From Longimicrobiales bacterium (GTDB taxonomy: Bacteria; Gemmatimonadota; Gemmatimonadetes; Longimicrobiales; Gaopeijiaceae), in assembly GCA_965218295.1 (NCBI GenBank), contig CBDCKN010000013.1, positions 544,001 through 608,000 of the forward strand: a stretch of 64,000 nucleotides of DNA, given 5' to 3'. Shown here one piece after another: positions 1 to 9,168 of this stretch. A model generated the notes under the pieces. The model ran no database searches, was not told where the DNA came from, and saw only the letters and a list, made by a program, of their open reading frames with translations. The number at the start of each line of letters is the position of its first letter. The stretch's first letter is position 1. A program made the position numbers and the translations under genes.

Positions 1-672
1 CGTGCCCTCCTTGAATGTGGCGTTGACCGTGTTATCAGCATCTCGTCCCGTGAACTGCAGCTCACCGGGGAATCCCAAAGTCGCTACGGGCTGCCCTATA
101 CGGAGGCCATCCACATGTTCACGAGGAAGGACTGACAGGCCCTCTTCGGCTAGCACGTCATCGAGGAAGAATACTCCGACATCGGGAGTGTCACCGACGG
201 CCTCTGTAGGGTCATAGGCAGGATGGATTAAACCTGGATCAGATATCACGTACGCGTCCCGACCCCCGAGCATGCTACCCGACCTAAGGGCAACGGCCTC
301 TGGGTTTCTGTCGGAAAAAATGGCAAGTGCCTCCTCCAGCCCCTGTACGATATGGGCACTGGTCCAGAGGGCATTGGAGTACTCGGCATTGAATCCGGTG
401 CCGATAAGCACTACGCGGCGATCCGATCCGTTGGGGTTATCGAACGATACTCCTATACCAAACACGCCAGCCTCGAGGTTCCCACTCTCAACAACCTCAC
501 CCCAGTCAAACGGCTCGCCTATCTCTCCTTGGGGCCCCTGTGGCCCCCCTGGCCCCTGTGACCCTGTCGTTCCCGTCGGCCCTTGGGGCCCCTGTGGACC
601 CGTAGGTCCGATCGGACCCTCGCAACTGACCGTGAGTAGTGCTACTAAGACAAAAAGGGCTACGCGGGGCAT
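1..672 (-). CDS. Lipoprotein with collagen-like (Gly-X-Y) linker and trypsin-like serine protease domain; 3' end runs off the window
   Basis: Manual translation (not in ORF track). AGGAG RBS, then MPRVALFVLVALLTVSC (lipobox), GPIGPTGPQGPQGPTGTTGSQGPGGPQGPQGEIG, then LWTSAHIV, DVGV and GQPVATLGFPG trypsin-like motifs. Frame open to base 1. Confidence 0.8.
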   Translation of the reverse strand, partial: MPRVALFVLVALLTVSCEGPIGPTGPQGPQGPTGTTGSQGPGGPQGPQGEIGEPFDWGEVVESGNLEAGVFGIGVSFDNPNGSDRRVVLIGTGFNAEYSNALWTSAHIVQGLEEALAIFSDRNPEAVALRSGSMLGGRDAYVISDPGLIHPAYDPTEAVGDTPDVGVFFLDDVLAEEGLSVLPREHVDGLRIGQPVATLGFPGELQFTGRDADNTVNATFKEGT

Positions 673-1079
673 CGTCAATCTCCTAAACATCGATCACAAA
701 GGCGTCGGGCCATTCGTCAGCGGGATGGCCCTTACCTATTCGCCTTATGGGCGTTAGCGCAAGGCGATAACGGGGAAGACGATCCTGCTCTGCTGTAAGG
801 CGCGCCCCCCATCGGGGGTTCTACGCCCCGTAGCGAAGCTTGGCCACCGCCGGCGCCGGTCGATCACGCGAACGACGTTGTGCCGACAGAGCCCCGTCGC
901 CTCCCCCGCGACGGGTCCGGAGGGGGCGGCCCACCGCGCTGAACGTCGCCCCCTGCCGGGCCGCCCTGGGCCCGCGTCTTCCGGCCGGATTCTTCCCGGA
1001 GCGGCCGCGCCCACCCGAGGTATATGGGTGGAGCTGGGGGCCATGCTGGGATCGTCACCGTCGGCTCGCTCCACGAGCA

Positions 1080-1465
1080 CCGGGAGCCGGCGGTGACCGT
1101 CCGGATCCACCGCGTAGGCCACGAGCGCGCTCACGTTCTCGACCTTCCTGGCCCAGCGCGCATCGAGGAACGTCGCGTCCAGATACAGATGGGGGTGAGG
1201 CCCCTCGATGGGTGCGCTCCGCAGCGCTTCTACAGCCCCATCGAGCCGCTTCGCGACCCGGCTTACCGTCGAGCGTCCCACGCGCTCACCCAGCAGTGCT
1301 TCGGTCACGTCGCCCATCTTGCGCTGCGACACACCGCTCACGTAGGCCTCCACCATCATCTCGTCCACTTCTTCACTCCTGCGCCGGTAGCGGCCCATCA
1401 CGTCGGCGGGCGAGCCGCCTTCCCGGCTGCGCGGCACCATCACGTCGATCTGACCCAAGCTCGTG
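1080..1465 (-). pseudogene. IS256-family transposase internal fragment
   Basis: VPRSREG...AYVSGVSQRK...STVSRV...LYLDATF...ALVAYAVDPDGHR; both ends missing. Confidence 0.8.
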
Positions 1466-1655
1466 AGCAGGTGCTGGTCGAGCAATGGAGGCGCGAGTAC
1501 AATACCGTCCGACCCCACAGCGCCTGCGGCGGCTTTCCCCCGGCCCCTGAGGCGATTAAGCCGTCGCCCTGGTTCCTGAGGATGCCCGTCCTTCACGGCC
1601 CTCCACAGGTGCTGGGACTAACATAGGATGTGGTACCACTCTTGGGGGCAGGTCA
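1466..1655 (+). mobile_element. Right-end remnant of an IS3-family element (OrfB C-terminus plus terminal IR)
   Basis: VEQWRREYNTVRPHSA integrase-core tail, stop at 1626, ends ...GGGGGCAGGTCA (IS3/IS407-type CA-3' end). Confidence 0.75.
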
Positions 1656-2168
1656 ATCGGAGTGGTGGACGAGGCCAGACCGCGGCTGCCGAAGTTCGAG
1701 TGCGGCATCGAGTGCGGCCAGGCAAAGACGCGCGTCCAGGAGATGGCTGATGGCGTAGCCAATGACACGCCGCGACCACACGTCGAGCACGACAGCTAGG
1801 AAAACAAAGCCGGTCGTGAGCCGGATGTACGTCAGATCGGCCACCCAGAGCTCGTCAGGCCCCTCGGGCGTAATCGAGGGCCTCAGGTTCGGGTAGACGC
1901 GCTGCTTGTGATTGCTGTTCGTCGTAGCAAGCCATGCGCGCACGCGGCGGGGCGTAAGCGCGTGTTCACGCATGACCCGAGCGACTCGCTTGTGATTGAC
2001 TACCAGGCCGCGTCTCCGGAGCTCGTGCGTAACCCGTCGATATCCGTAGGCGGGGAACTCGGCGAGGATGTCTTCGATCCGCACGCGCAGGTCTGCGTCC
2101 GTTCTCTCCCGAGCGGTCTCGCAGGCCGCATCCGGTCGCTTGTAGAAGGTACTCCTCGGGATGTTCAT
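1653..2168 (-). pseudogene. IS3-family transposase OrfB, C-terminally truncated
   Basis: YGYRRV, VNHKRVARVM, WVADLTYI and HHSD motifs; catalytic Glu region absent. Confidence 0.85.
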
Positions 2169-2527
2169 GAGGCTGCATCCTCGTCGGACAGGGACACCCC
2201 TGGTCCGGAGATGATCGACGACCGCGCGCTTTTCTGTGACGGCTGTATCAGAGCCCTTTTTTTCATGGCGTCGAGTTCCATCGTCAACTGACCAATCTTG
2301 CGCTCGAGTGCCGCGATCTTGGCCTGGTCCTCGCCAACTTGCTCCTGCAGGTGGATCTCCTCCGTAAGTTCGCCTTCCCCGTATTTCTTGACCCAGATCA
2401 TGAGCAGGGAGTGAGGCACACCGTGTCGAGTAGCGATCGCCCTGGCACTGCCTTCTCCATCCAAGTACGCCTGGACCAGCTGGATCTTGAACTCCGTGCT
2501 GTACCTCGTGTGTCGTCGAACCGTCAT
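2165..2527 (-). CDS. IS3-family transposase OrfA (HTH)
   Basis: YSTEFKIQLV...W motif with coiled-coil tail. Confidence 0.85.
   Translation of the reverse strand: MTVRRHTRYSTEFKIQLVQAYLDGEGSARAIATRHGVPHSLLMIWVKKYGEGELTEEIHLQEQVGEDQAKIAALERKIGQLTMELDAMKKRALIQPSQKSARSSIISGPGVSLSDEDAAS
2256..2263 (-). promoter_or_regulatory. -1 programmed frameshift motif (A7G) joining orfA to orfB
   Basis: AAAAAAAG in orfA; the -1 frame is open into orfB (KGSDTAVTEKRAVVDHLRTRGVPVRRGCSLMNIPRSTFY). Confidence 0.7.
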
Positions 2528-2732
2528 CGAACCTCCCGAGTGATTACGGAAGGTCAATCCATCGCCCCCTCTGTGTCCACTTCGTGGGGTTCACTCCAAG
2601 TGGCGGACGAAAATGTCACACTCGGCGGTCCTGTAGCTTGGGCTGCGAGGCGCCGAGTGTGAGTTCTACAAGCTGAGCGCCCACGCGGCCGATCCTCCAC
2701 CTTCGCGACTCCACTCACACGTCGGAGGCGCG

Positions 2733-3761
2733 ATGTACGGAAGGGAGAAGCATGTGTTGCTCAGGCACTATCTCGAAGAAGGCATGTCGAAGGCGGTCAT
2801 CGGCCGTGAACTGGGCGTTGACCGACGCACCATCTATCGCTGGATCGAGGCCGAGGAACTGGATCGGGACGGGGGCAACGAGCCGGTCCGCTATAGACCT
2901 CGAGCGCCGAAGCCCACCAAGTTGGATCCCTACAAGGGTATCATCCAAGCACGCTTGAAGACCTACCCGCGACTCACTGCGATCCGGCTTCGCGAGGAGA
3001 TCCGAGCGGCAGGGTATCGGGGTGGCTACACGCAGCTCAAGGAGTATGTGCGGGAGGTGCGGCCGCGGCCGCCTGAAGATCCGGTCGTCCGCTTCGAGAC
3101 GCCGCCTGGCCACCAGGGTCAAGTCGATTTCGCGGACTTCCGCCTTCCGTGGGGCAAGCGCCATGCGTTCCTGGTCGTGCTAGGCTTCTCTCGCGTCCTG
3201 TGGCTGCAGTTCTTCTGCCGGCAGACGATGCAGGAGGTCTTCGAGGGCCTGGAGGGGGCGTTCGCCTTCTTCGGCGGCGTGCCCCGAGAGTTGCTGTTCG
3301 ACCAGATGAAGGCCGTCATCATCAGGGATGAGCGAGACGACGGAGGTCGCCTCACTGAGAACACCGAGTTCCTGCGCTTCGCGAACCATCATGGCTTCCG
3401 GATCCGGGCATGCAGGCCCTACCGGGCCCGGACCAAAGGCAAGGTCGAGCGACCGGTGAGTTACGTCCGTTCGAGCTTCTTCTACGGTCGGACCTTCACG
3501 TCGGACGAGGATCTCAACCGTCAGGCCCGCCACTGGCTCGATCACGTGGCCAACGTCCGCGTCCATGGCACGCTGAAGGAGCGACCCGTCGATCGCCTCG
3601 AGCGTGAGCAAGACGTGTTGGGGCCCCTGGCCTCGCGCCCGTACCGGTCCTTCGTCTTGCCGCCCGAGGCGAAGAGGCGGGCCAAGGCTGTCCTTCCCCG
3701 CATCGCCGTAGAGCGTCGGTCGCTGGAGGCCTACGCCCAGGTGACGGGAGGTGGACGATGA
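2733..3761 (+). CDS. istA: IS21 transposase IstA
   Basis: HTH, RFETPPGHQGQVDF, FDQMK, KGKVERPV. Confidence 0.92.
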   Translation: MYGREKHVLLRHYLEEGMSKAVIGRELGVDRRTIYRWIEAEELDRDGGNEPVRYRPRAPKPTKLDPYKGIIQARLKTYPRLTAIRLREEIRAAGYRGGYTQLKEYVREVRPRPPEDPVVRFETPPGHQGQVDFADFRLPWGKRHAFLVVLGFSRVLWLQFFCRQTMQEVFEGLEGAFAFFGGVPRELLFDQMKAVIIRDERDDGGRLTENTEFLRFANHHGFRIRACRPYRARTKGKVERPVSYVRSSFFYGRTFTSDEDLNRQARHWLDHVANVRVHGTLKERPVDRLEREQDVLGPLASRPYRSFVLPPEAKRRAKAVLPRIAVERRSLEAYAQVTGGGR

Positions 3762-4600
3762 AGGCCGGCGCTCGCTCACGCCGCGACCGGATCCGGGCCC
3801 AGCTCGCCGATCTCAAGATGCCCGGTGCGCTGGAGGCACTGGACGAGGTCCTCACCGGAGTCGATGGCGGAGGGGTCACGGCCTCAGAGGCGATCGAGCA
3901 ACTCCTCGGTGCCCAGATCACGCTGCGCAACAACCGGCGCCTCCAAGTCGCCATGCGCTCCAGCCGGCTGCCGGCCATCAAGTTGCTCGAGGACTTCGAC
4001 TTCACCTTCCAGCCCTCGATCAAGCGCGAGCAGATCGACAGTCTCCACGAGCTCGGCTTCCTGGAGCGGAAGGAGAACGTGATCTTCCTCGGCCCTCCGG
4101 GCGTCGGCAAAACGCATCTGGCGATCAGCCTGGCCATCGCCGCAGCCCAGAGTGGCCGCAGGGTCTACTACGGCGCCCTGGCCGACCTCATCACCTCGCT
4201 GGAAGAAGCCAAAGCCGCGGGCCGGCTGGGACACCGCCTCAAGATCCTGACCTACCCTTCGCTCCTGGTCGTCGACGAGATCGGCTACCTACCGGTCAGC
4301 CAGACCGGCGCGATGTTCTTCTTCCAGCTGATCAACCGGCGCTACGAGCACGCATCCACTGTGCTCACGCCCAATAAGGGCTTCGAGGAGTGGGGCCAGA
4401 TCCTGGGCGACGAGGTCATGGCTGCGGCGCTCATCGACCGGCTCCTGCACCACTGCCACATCGTCAACATCCGCGGCAACAGCTACCGCATGCGTCACCA
4501 TACGGAGCTCTCCAAAGCGCTCCACTCGCCTCCTGTGGAGCCGAGCTCCTCGACCCTCCGGAGAAGGACGGCTAAAGCAAAGGAGAAAACGACGAACTAG
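3758..4600 (+). CDS. istB: IS21 helper ATPase IstB
   Basis: GPPGVGKTHLA Walker A, LLVVDEIGY Walker B, LIDRLLHH, GNSYR. Confidence 0.95.
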   Translation: MKAGARSRRDRIRAQLADLKMPGALEALDEVLTGVDGGGVTASEAIEQLLGAQITLRNNRRLQVAMRSSRLPAIKLLEDFDFTFQPSIKREQIDSLHELGFLERKENVIFLGPPGVGKTHLAISLAIAAAQSGRRVYYGALADLITSLEEAKAAGRLGHRLKILTYPSLLVVDEIGYLPVSQTGAMFFFQLINRRYEHASTVLTPNKGFEEWGQILGDEVMAAALIDRLLHHCHIVNIRGNSYRMRHHTELSKALHSPPVEPSSSTLRRRTAKAKEKTTN

Positions 4601-4962
4601 AGGCTCGTCACCTCCCCCCGAAGTGTGACATTTTCAACCTCCAACAACTGTGACATTTTCAACCGGCGTTGACAACAAGGAGGAGCCGAGATGAAGGAGT
4701 GTCTTGTCAGACGAGGGTACCATTGGATGGTCATGTTTCTCGTGGTCGCAGTCGTGGGGTGCGGCGGGGATTCTCCCACGGATGATGGTGGTGGTGCCCC
4801 CCCCCCGTTTCGACGACTTCGGTGACGGTCGGGGACTTTTTCTTCAATGCGGAAAGTATCGTCGTCGACCCCGGCGCGACGGTAACGTGGACGTGGGTGG
4901 GGGCCATCTCACATAACGTGACGTTTGCCTCCAGCGCGATTACCAGTTCCGACACGCAGATT

Positions 4963-6419
4963 GATGGTGTCCCGCTGACAGTTGAAGGTGGTGGCTCCGG
5001 AGAGTCTCCTTGTTAGCCTGCCTTTCTCATTTCGGCAACCGGTTCATGGTCGTCGAGGTGGGCCCTGAGCATCCAGAGCTGGTCGTAGCCGATGATCCTC
5101 CGGTAGCTCTTCTCGGTCTCCACGAACGAGGCCGCAGCCCAGCGCAAGGCCATCGCTCCGTTCTTCCAGTTGGTCACCCTGCGGGTCTTCTGTCTTACGC
5201 CCGAGTGGGTGCTGTCGATCAGGTTGGTCGAGCCCAGGCACTTCCTCAGCCGCGGCGGGAGGCCGAGCCGGTTGATCGTGAACATCTCGCTGAGGCCTTC
5301 GCGTAGGCTGGCCGAGGCCGAGGGGTGGTCGCGCTCGAGCCATCGGGCGAGCTGCTCGAGCTTCTGCTCGCCCTGCTTCGCGTCCAGCTTCATCGCCGCC
5401 CGGAACGCCGCCTTCACCTGAGGATGCTGATCCTTCGGCAGATGACCCAGCACGTTGCGGAGCTTGTGGTTGCGGCAGCGCTGGATGGGGTGACGTTGGC
5501 CGAACACCTTCTCGATCGCCTTCCTGAGCGCTTTCGAGCCATCGATCACGAACAGCCGCCGCCTGCCCGGGTCCAGGCCGCGCTCGACCAGATCCTCTAG
5601 GAGCGCCCCGGTCACCTCGGCGTTCTCACTCGCTCCTTCCCTCACGCCCAGCACGTGCTTCTTTCCGTCTGAGTCCACGCCTACCGCAGCAAGCACGTGG
5701 TGCGAGCCCATCTGGATCCCGTCCAGGTAGATCACCAGGAGGTCCCACGCATCCAGCCGGCGCTCCATCAGCTCCTTCAGCACGCGCTCCGAGGCCTCGA
5801 CCGTCTCACGGCTCACCGCCGACTTGCTCACCCCGACCGTGTCGGCCATCTCACCGATCACACGGCCGTACTTCCGCGTGCTCACCCCCGCCATCAGGAC
5901 CTCGAGCATCCGATCCGCCACGGCGCCCGGTCTCCGCATCGCTGCGTACGCCGGCACCTCGACCTCGCCACCCTCCCCGGCGCCCCGGCGCCTGAGCCGT
6001 GGCCGCTCCACACGCACCTTCCGGTCCGACAGGTAAACCACACCACCCTGCCGGCCATACCACACCGTGTCGTCTTCCGCTCGTGACCGACCTGCCTGCT
6101 TCACGCCTGCCACACCCTCGGCGCTCATCTCCAGCACCGCTTCGATCGTCGCTCGTCCCATCACCTGGATGACTTCGTCGATCGCGACCTCCGTCTGCTC
6201 CACGAGCTCAAGCATCGGAAGCAGAAACTGCCCCTCCCGCTTCAGGAACTCCCTGATCGCGCGCTTGTCCGCCCGATCCCTTACCTCGTACGTTCTCTTC
6301 ATCGTGGTGGCTCCGTGTTGGGGTTTTTGCCTACCCGAGCCTATCGGCCCGGGACCCCCGGAGCCACCACTTTTCTTTCTCCCCTATCAGGAACCTTCAA
6401 CTACGGTTGGGACAGCTTC
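4963..6419 (-). mobile_element. Complete IS256-family element with 8-bp TSD CGCAGATT
   Basis: IRs GATGGTGTCCCGCTGACAGTTGAAGGT / GAAGCTGTCCCAACCGTAGTTGAAGGT; TSD at 4955-4962 and 6420-6427. Confidence 0.92.
5013..6302 (-). CDS. IS256-family transposase
   Basis: GVSTRKY, IYLDG, VIDG, QRCRNHK, STNLIDS. Confidence 0.93.
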   Translation of the reverse strand: MKRTYEVRDRADKRAIREFLKREGQFLLPMLELVEQTEVAIDEVIQVMGRATIEAVLEMSAEGVAGVKQAGRSRAEDDTVWYGRQGGVVYLSDRKVRVERPRLRRRGAGEGGEVEVPAYAAMRRPGAVADRMLEVLMAGVSTRKYGRVIGEMADTVGVSKSAVSRETVEASERVLKELMERRLDAWDLLVIYLDGIQMGSHHVLAAVGVDSDGKKHVLGVREGASENAEVTGALLEDLVERGLDPGRRRLFVIDGSKALRKAIEKVFGQRHPIQRCRNHKLRNVLGHLPKDQHPQVKAAFRAAMKLDAKQGEQKLEQLARWLERDHPSASASLREGLSEMFTINRLGLPPRLRKCLGSTNLIDSTHSGVRQKTRRVTNWKNGAMALRWAAASFVETEKSYRRIIGYDQLWMLRAHLDDHEPVAEMRKAG

Positions 6420-6546
6420 CGCAGATTAACGGTACGCATCAGGCCGCGATGCCAACTGCGACTGGGGCGTACGGTTACCAGTGCACCATCCATCCGTCTT
6501 TGATGAACGGCTCGGTAACGGTCCAGCAGCAGAGAGCCTGATGTTG

Positions 6547-6583
6547 GTGATGGCCGCCTCCGAACGACGGAGGTGGCCGTTAC
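6547..6583 (+). terminator. Hairpin after the cupredoxin gene
   Basis: GTGATGGCCGCCTCCG-AACGA-CGGAGGTGGCCGTTAC; no clear U tract. Confidence 0.45.
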
Positions 6584-6952
6584 TGCGGGGTCCCTATTCT
6601 TTAGCGCCCATCCGCCAGATCTGAAATCGTTTCGTAGCTGGCCTACAACGATGGGACTGCTGCGAGTGGGCAGTGAGGGGGACGGCCGCTACGCGTTACT
6701 CCGCCAACTCGCAGAGGTTACGGGGGCTTCTCGAGCAGTGTGGATGCCGTAGTGAGGTGAGAGTCGGAAGGAGACGCATGTAGGCTCCATGTAGCTGTCG
6801 GGATACTCGCACCGGATCGTGAGCCGAGGAGTGCGAGTCTGAGGCTAACTGAGCCCTTCTCGCGGCTGGCGGCCATGGGGCTGCCCGATTAGAGGTCGGA
6901 AGCCGCCGGTTGGACTAGCCGCAGGGGTGGGCTTCGGCCTGCCCCCGCGTTT

Positions 6953-7378
6953 TCAATCCTCGTCGAGCACAAGCCAGACCATGTAGTCCCCGCCTCCACC
7001 CGTGAGGCGGAAGCGGCCTTCGCCCAGATCCGCCGTGGACTCTCCGGCGGTCACGCTGAACTTCCCCTTCCCGTCCCGCACGATCTCGACTCGGCCGAGG
7101 AGGTCGTCCTTGCTGAACTTGTCCTGATCCCAGAATTCGAGCTCGACCTTCCGCAGCTTGGGACCGAGGCGGGCGAGATCCCGATCCAACTTGTGATCGG
7201 ACCCGGCCTTGACCGCCTCCATCCCGCGCATCGGGATTTCTTCCCGGATCGTCGGGTCATACCCCGAAGCGCCGGAGGCGACGATTCGCCACCCGAACTC
7301 GTCCGTCGACCCCTCGAAGAAGGTGTCGGTCACCCGGGTGCAGGCCACCCGCTGCAGAGTGATCGCCATAGTGCTCAT
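6953..7378 (-). CDS. Hypothetical beta-rich protein with a C2-domain-like acidic loop
   Basis: GC3-rich ORF; VELEFWDQDKFSKDDLLGRVEI; hairpin at 6920-6948 downstream. Confidence 0.65.
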   Translation of the reverse strand: MSTMAITLQRVACTRVTDTFFEGSTDEFGWRIVASGASGYDPTIREEIPMRGMEAVKAGSDHKLDRDLARLGPKLRKVELEFWDQDKFSKDDLLGRVEIVRDGKGKFSVTAGESTADLGEGRFRLTGGGGDYMVWLVLDED

Positions 7379-7575
7379 AGAGAATCCACCCTGATCTCTC
7401 CCGGCTTTCAACGAGTCCGAGACGTTCCAGGGCCAACAGAGCGTCTCTCATCTCGCTTTCGGTCATCTCCTCTGGATTCACCTGTCGCCTCTCAAGCTTT
7501 GCGCCGCCGGCCTTGGCATCCCGCTCACGACGTTCGAGACTATGAGAGGTCTTCTGAGACGCGAAAGGAGGAGGC

Positions 7576-8190
7576 GTGGCGGACCCACTGACCGTGGGCA
7601 TCTTCATCTTCGACGGGGTGGAGGTGCTCGACTTCGCCGGCCCGTTCGAGGTGTTCTCCCGCACGCGTCTCGAGCCAGGCACCGAGTCGCGCCGCACGGA
7701 CGAGTCCGCGCCGTTCGACGTGTTCACGGTCGCCCAGACGGAAGGAGAGGTCGTCTCCACGGGAAGCCTGAGGATTGTGCCGACCCATACGTTCGACTCG
7801 GCGCCCGAGATCGACATCCTCGTGGTGCCCGGGGGGTTCGGCACCAGACCGCTCCTCGACGACGAAGACGTCCTCGGCTGGGTGAAGAGGACGGCGGAGT
7901 CAGCGCGTCAGGTCACCTCGGTGTGTACCGGGGCGCTGGTGTTGGCGCGGGCCGGGCTGTTGAGTGGGAAGCGAGCCACCACGCATTGGGCCGCTCTGGA
8001 TCTGCTCGCCGAACTGGATCCGTCCATCACCGTCGAGAGGGAGCGTCGCGTGGTGATGGACGGCATCGTGTCGTCGGCGGGGGTAGCCGCCGGCATAGAC
8101 TTGGCCTTCGCCATCGTCGAGCAGCTCTTCGGTACGGAGGTAGCCGACGAGACCGCCCACTACATCGAATACCCCAGAGCGTCCCGCTAG
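7576..8190 (+). CDS. DJ-1/PfpI family protein
   Basis: EVLDFAGPFEVF, VVPGG, SVCTG nucleophile, ATTHW, GVAAGID; AGGAGG RBS. Confidence 0.93.
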   Translation: MADPLTVGIFIFDGVEVLDFAGPFEVFSRTRLEPGTESRRTDESAPFDVFTVAQTEGEVVSTGSLRIVPTHTFDSAPEIDILVVPGGFGTRPLLDDEDVLGWVKRTAESARQVTSVCTGALVLARAGLLSGKRATTHWAALDLLAELDPSITVERERRVVMDGIVSSAGVAAGIDLAFAIVEQLFGTEVADETAHYIEYPRASR

Positions 8191-8677
8191 TGGACCATGA
8201 GGCCCGGTCCGCACGGGCCCTCCGCGATCAAGCGGGAGGCGTCCTCCGGTTCCTGCGCAGCCTGAACGTCCCCGCTCACAGTCTTGAACGAAAGGTGCCG
8301 GCCACCATCTCCGATCGTGGCCCGAATGGATCACCTGCTGCCCCTCCAGGCCGAGGCCCGCGAGGATCTGTTCAAGCCAAAGGCGTCCCGCCAGGATGTA
8401 GCCACAGCCATCGCCATTGCCACCGCGTGCCTGGCGGAATGCAGGAACGATCTCTACGACGACTTGATCTGGCGACGGACAAAGCTTAGCCAAGGCTGCA
8501 TTGATCAGGTTGTGCCGACCCGGAGGCTTCCCACCACCAAGAGCCGTGCACAGCCCGCTCCAATCAGCGTCAACGAGGCTCTGGTCGCTTGCGACTTCAT
8601 CGGAGTACGTAGGTGTGAGGGCTGGCACCATCAAGGGAGACCCTCACACCCAGTCAGTAGGGAAAGGAGTGCCTACA

Positions 8678-9088
8678 ATGCCATACTTGCAACTGGATGT
8701 TTCCAAGCACTACGCGACCGATGTGAAGCGGGCCCTTGCCCGACGCATGGGTGAACTCTACGCGGGCATCATGCAGACCACGCCTGGCATGGTCAGCGTT
8801 GCCATTCGCGAGCTGCCGGAGGGCAGTCTGTGGAGCTGCAGCGATGGAGAGCCTGAACCAGGCGCCGTTCTGATTTGCGACGTCCGGCGCGGCCGCACGC
8901 CCGAACAAAGGGCCAAGCTGGCGCAGGCGCTCGTCGACGCCTGCGTCGAGACGCTGAAGCTGCGCAGCGACCGCCTGCCTGTTGAGTTCACTCAGCACGC
9001 TGGCGACGAGATGTTTCGCGCTGGGCGTGGGTGGGCCACTGATTGGACGCAAACGGAGGCGCAGACGCAGGGCCGAAAAAGGGAGTAA
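8678..9088 (+). CDS. Tautomerase superfamily protein (probable gene cassette)
   Basis: AAGGAG RBS; N-terminal catalytic Pro (MPYLQLD); second beta-alpha-beta unit RRGRTPEQRAKLAQ. Confidence 0.85.
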   Translation: MPYLQLDVSKHYATDVKRALARRMGELYAGIMQTTPGMVSVAIRELPEGSLWSCSDGEPEPGAVLICDVRRGRTPEQRAKLAQALVDACVETLKLRSDRLPVEFTQHAGDEMFRAGRGWATDWTQTEAQTQGRKRE

Positions 9089-9168
9089 GGCAAATTGCTG
9101 ACAGGGATGCCTAACTCCAGCTCGAACGGACGGGCCGGAAGTGTGGTGCCACATTTCCTGTCCGTTAT

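Larger units (their letters stand above)
1656..2598 (-). mobile_element. Truncated IS3-family element (left IR, orfA, orfB cut at HHSD)
   Basis: Begins TGGAGTGAACCCC on the minus strand at 2598; orfB stops at the second catalytic Asp, where the neighbouring IS end supplies TGA. Confidence 0.8.
2599..4674 (+). mobile_element. IS21-family element, outer left IR missing
   Basis: istA-istB pair. Right end has two TGTGACATTTTCAACC repeats and ends GGCGTTGACA. Left side keeps only GAAAATGTCACAC (2609-2621). Confidence 0.85.
4691..6541 (+). pseudogene. Plastocyanin/azurin-family (cupredoxin) lipoprotein, frameshifted in a C10 run and split by IS256
   Basis: RBS, signal peptide and lipobox VVGC; ...GATVTWTW...SHNVTF at 4691-4962; resumes at 6428 with YGYQCTIHPSLMNGSVTV (type-1 Cu ligands C, H, M). 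Confidence 0.85.

Noticed and set aside
272..757. Plus-strand 161-aa ORF with GPC/GPW repeats
   Set aside because: Antisense shadow of the minus-strand collagen-protease gene, which has the RBS, lipobox and domain motifs
700..810. Possible additional attC halves (GTTAGCG; CAGCAGA...GTTATCG)
   Set aside because: No matching inverse core or full stem; too degenerate to call
754..1596. 280-aa ORF read as an intact transposase
   Set aside because: Only the middle third is IS256-like; the ends are read-through into unrelated DNA
8284..8677. ORFs 8284-8754 and the 5' extension of 8501-9088
   Set aside because: No recognisable motif. The tautomerase needs Pro-1 and has its RBS at the 8678 start.
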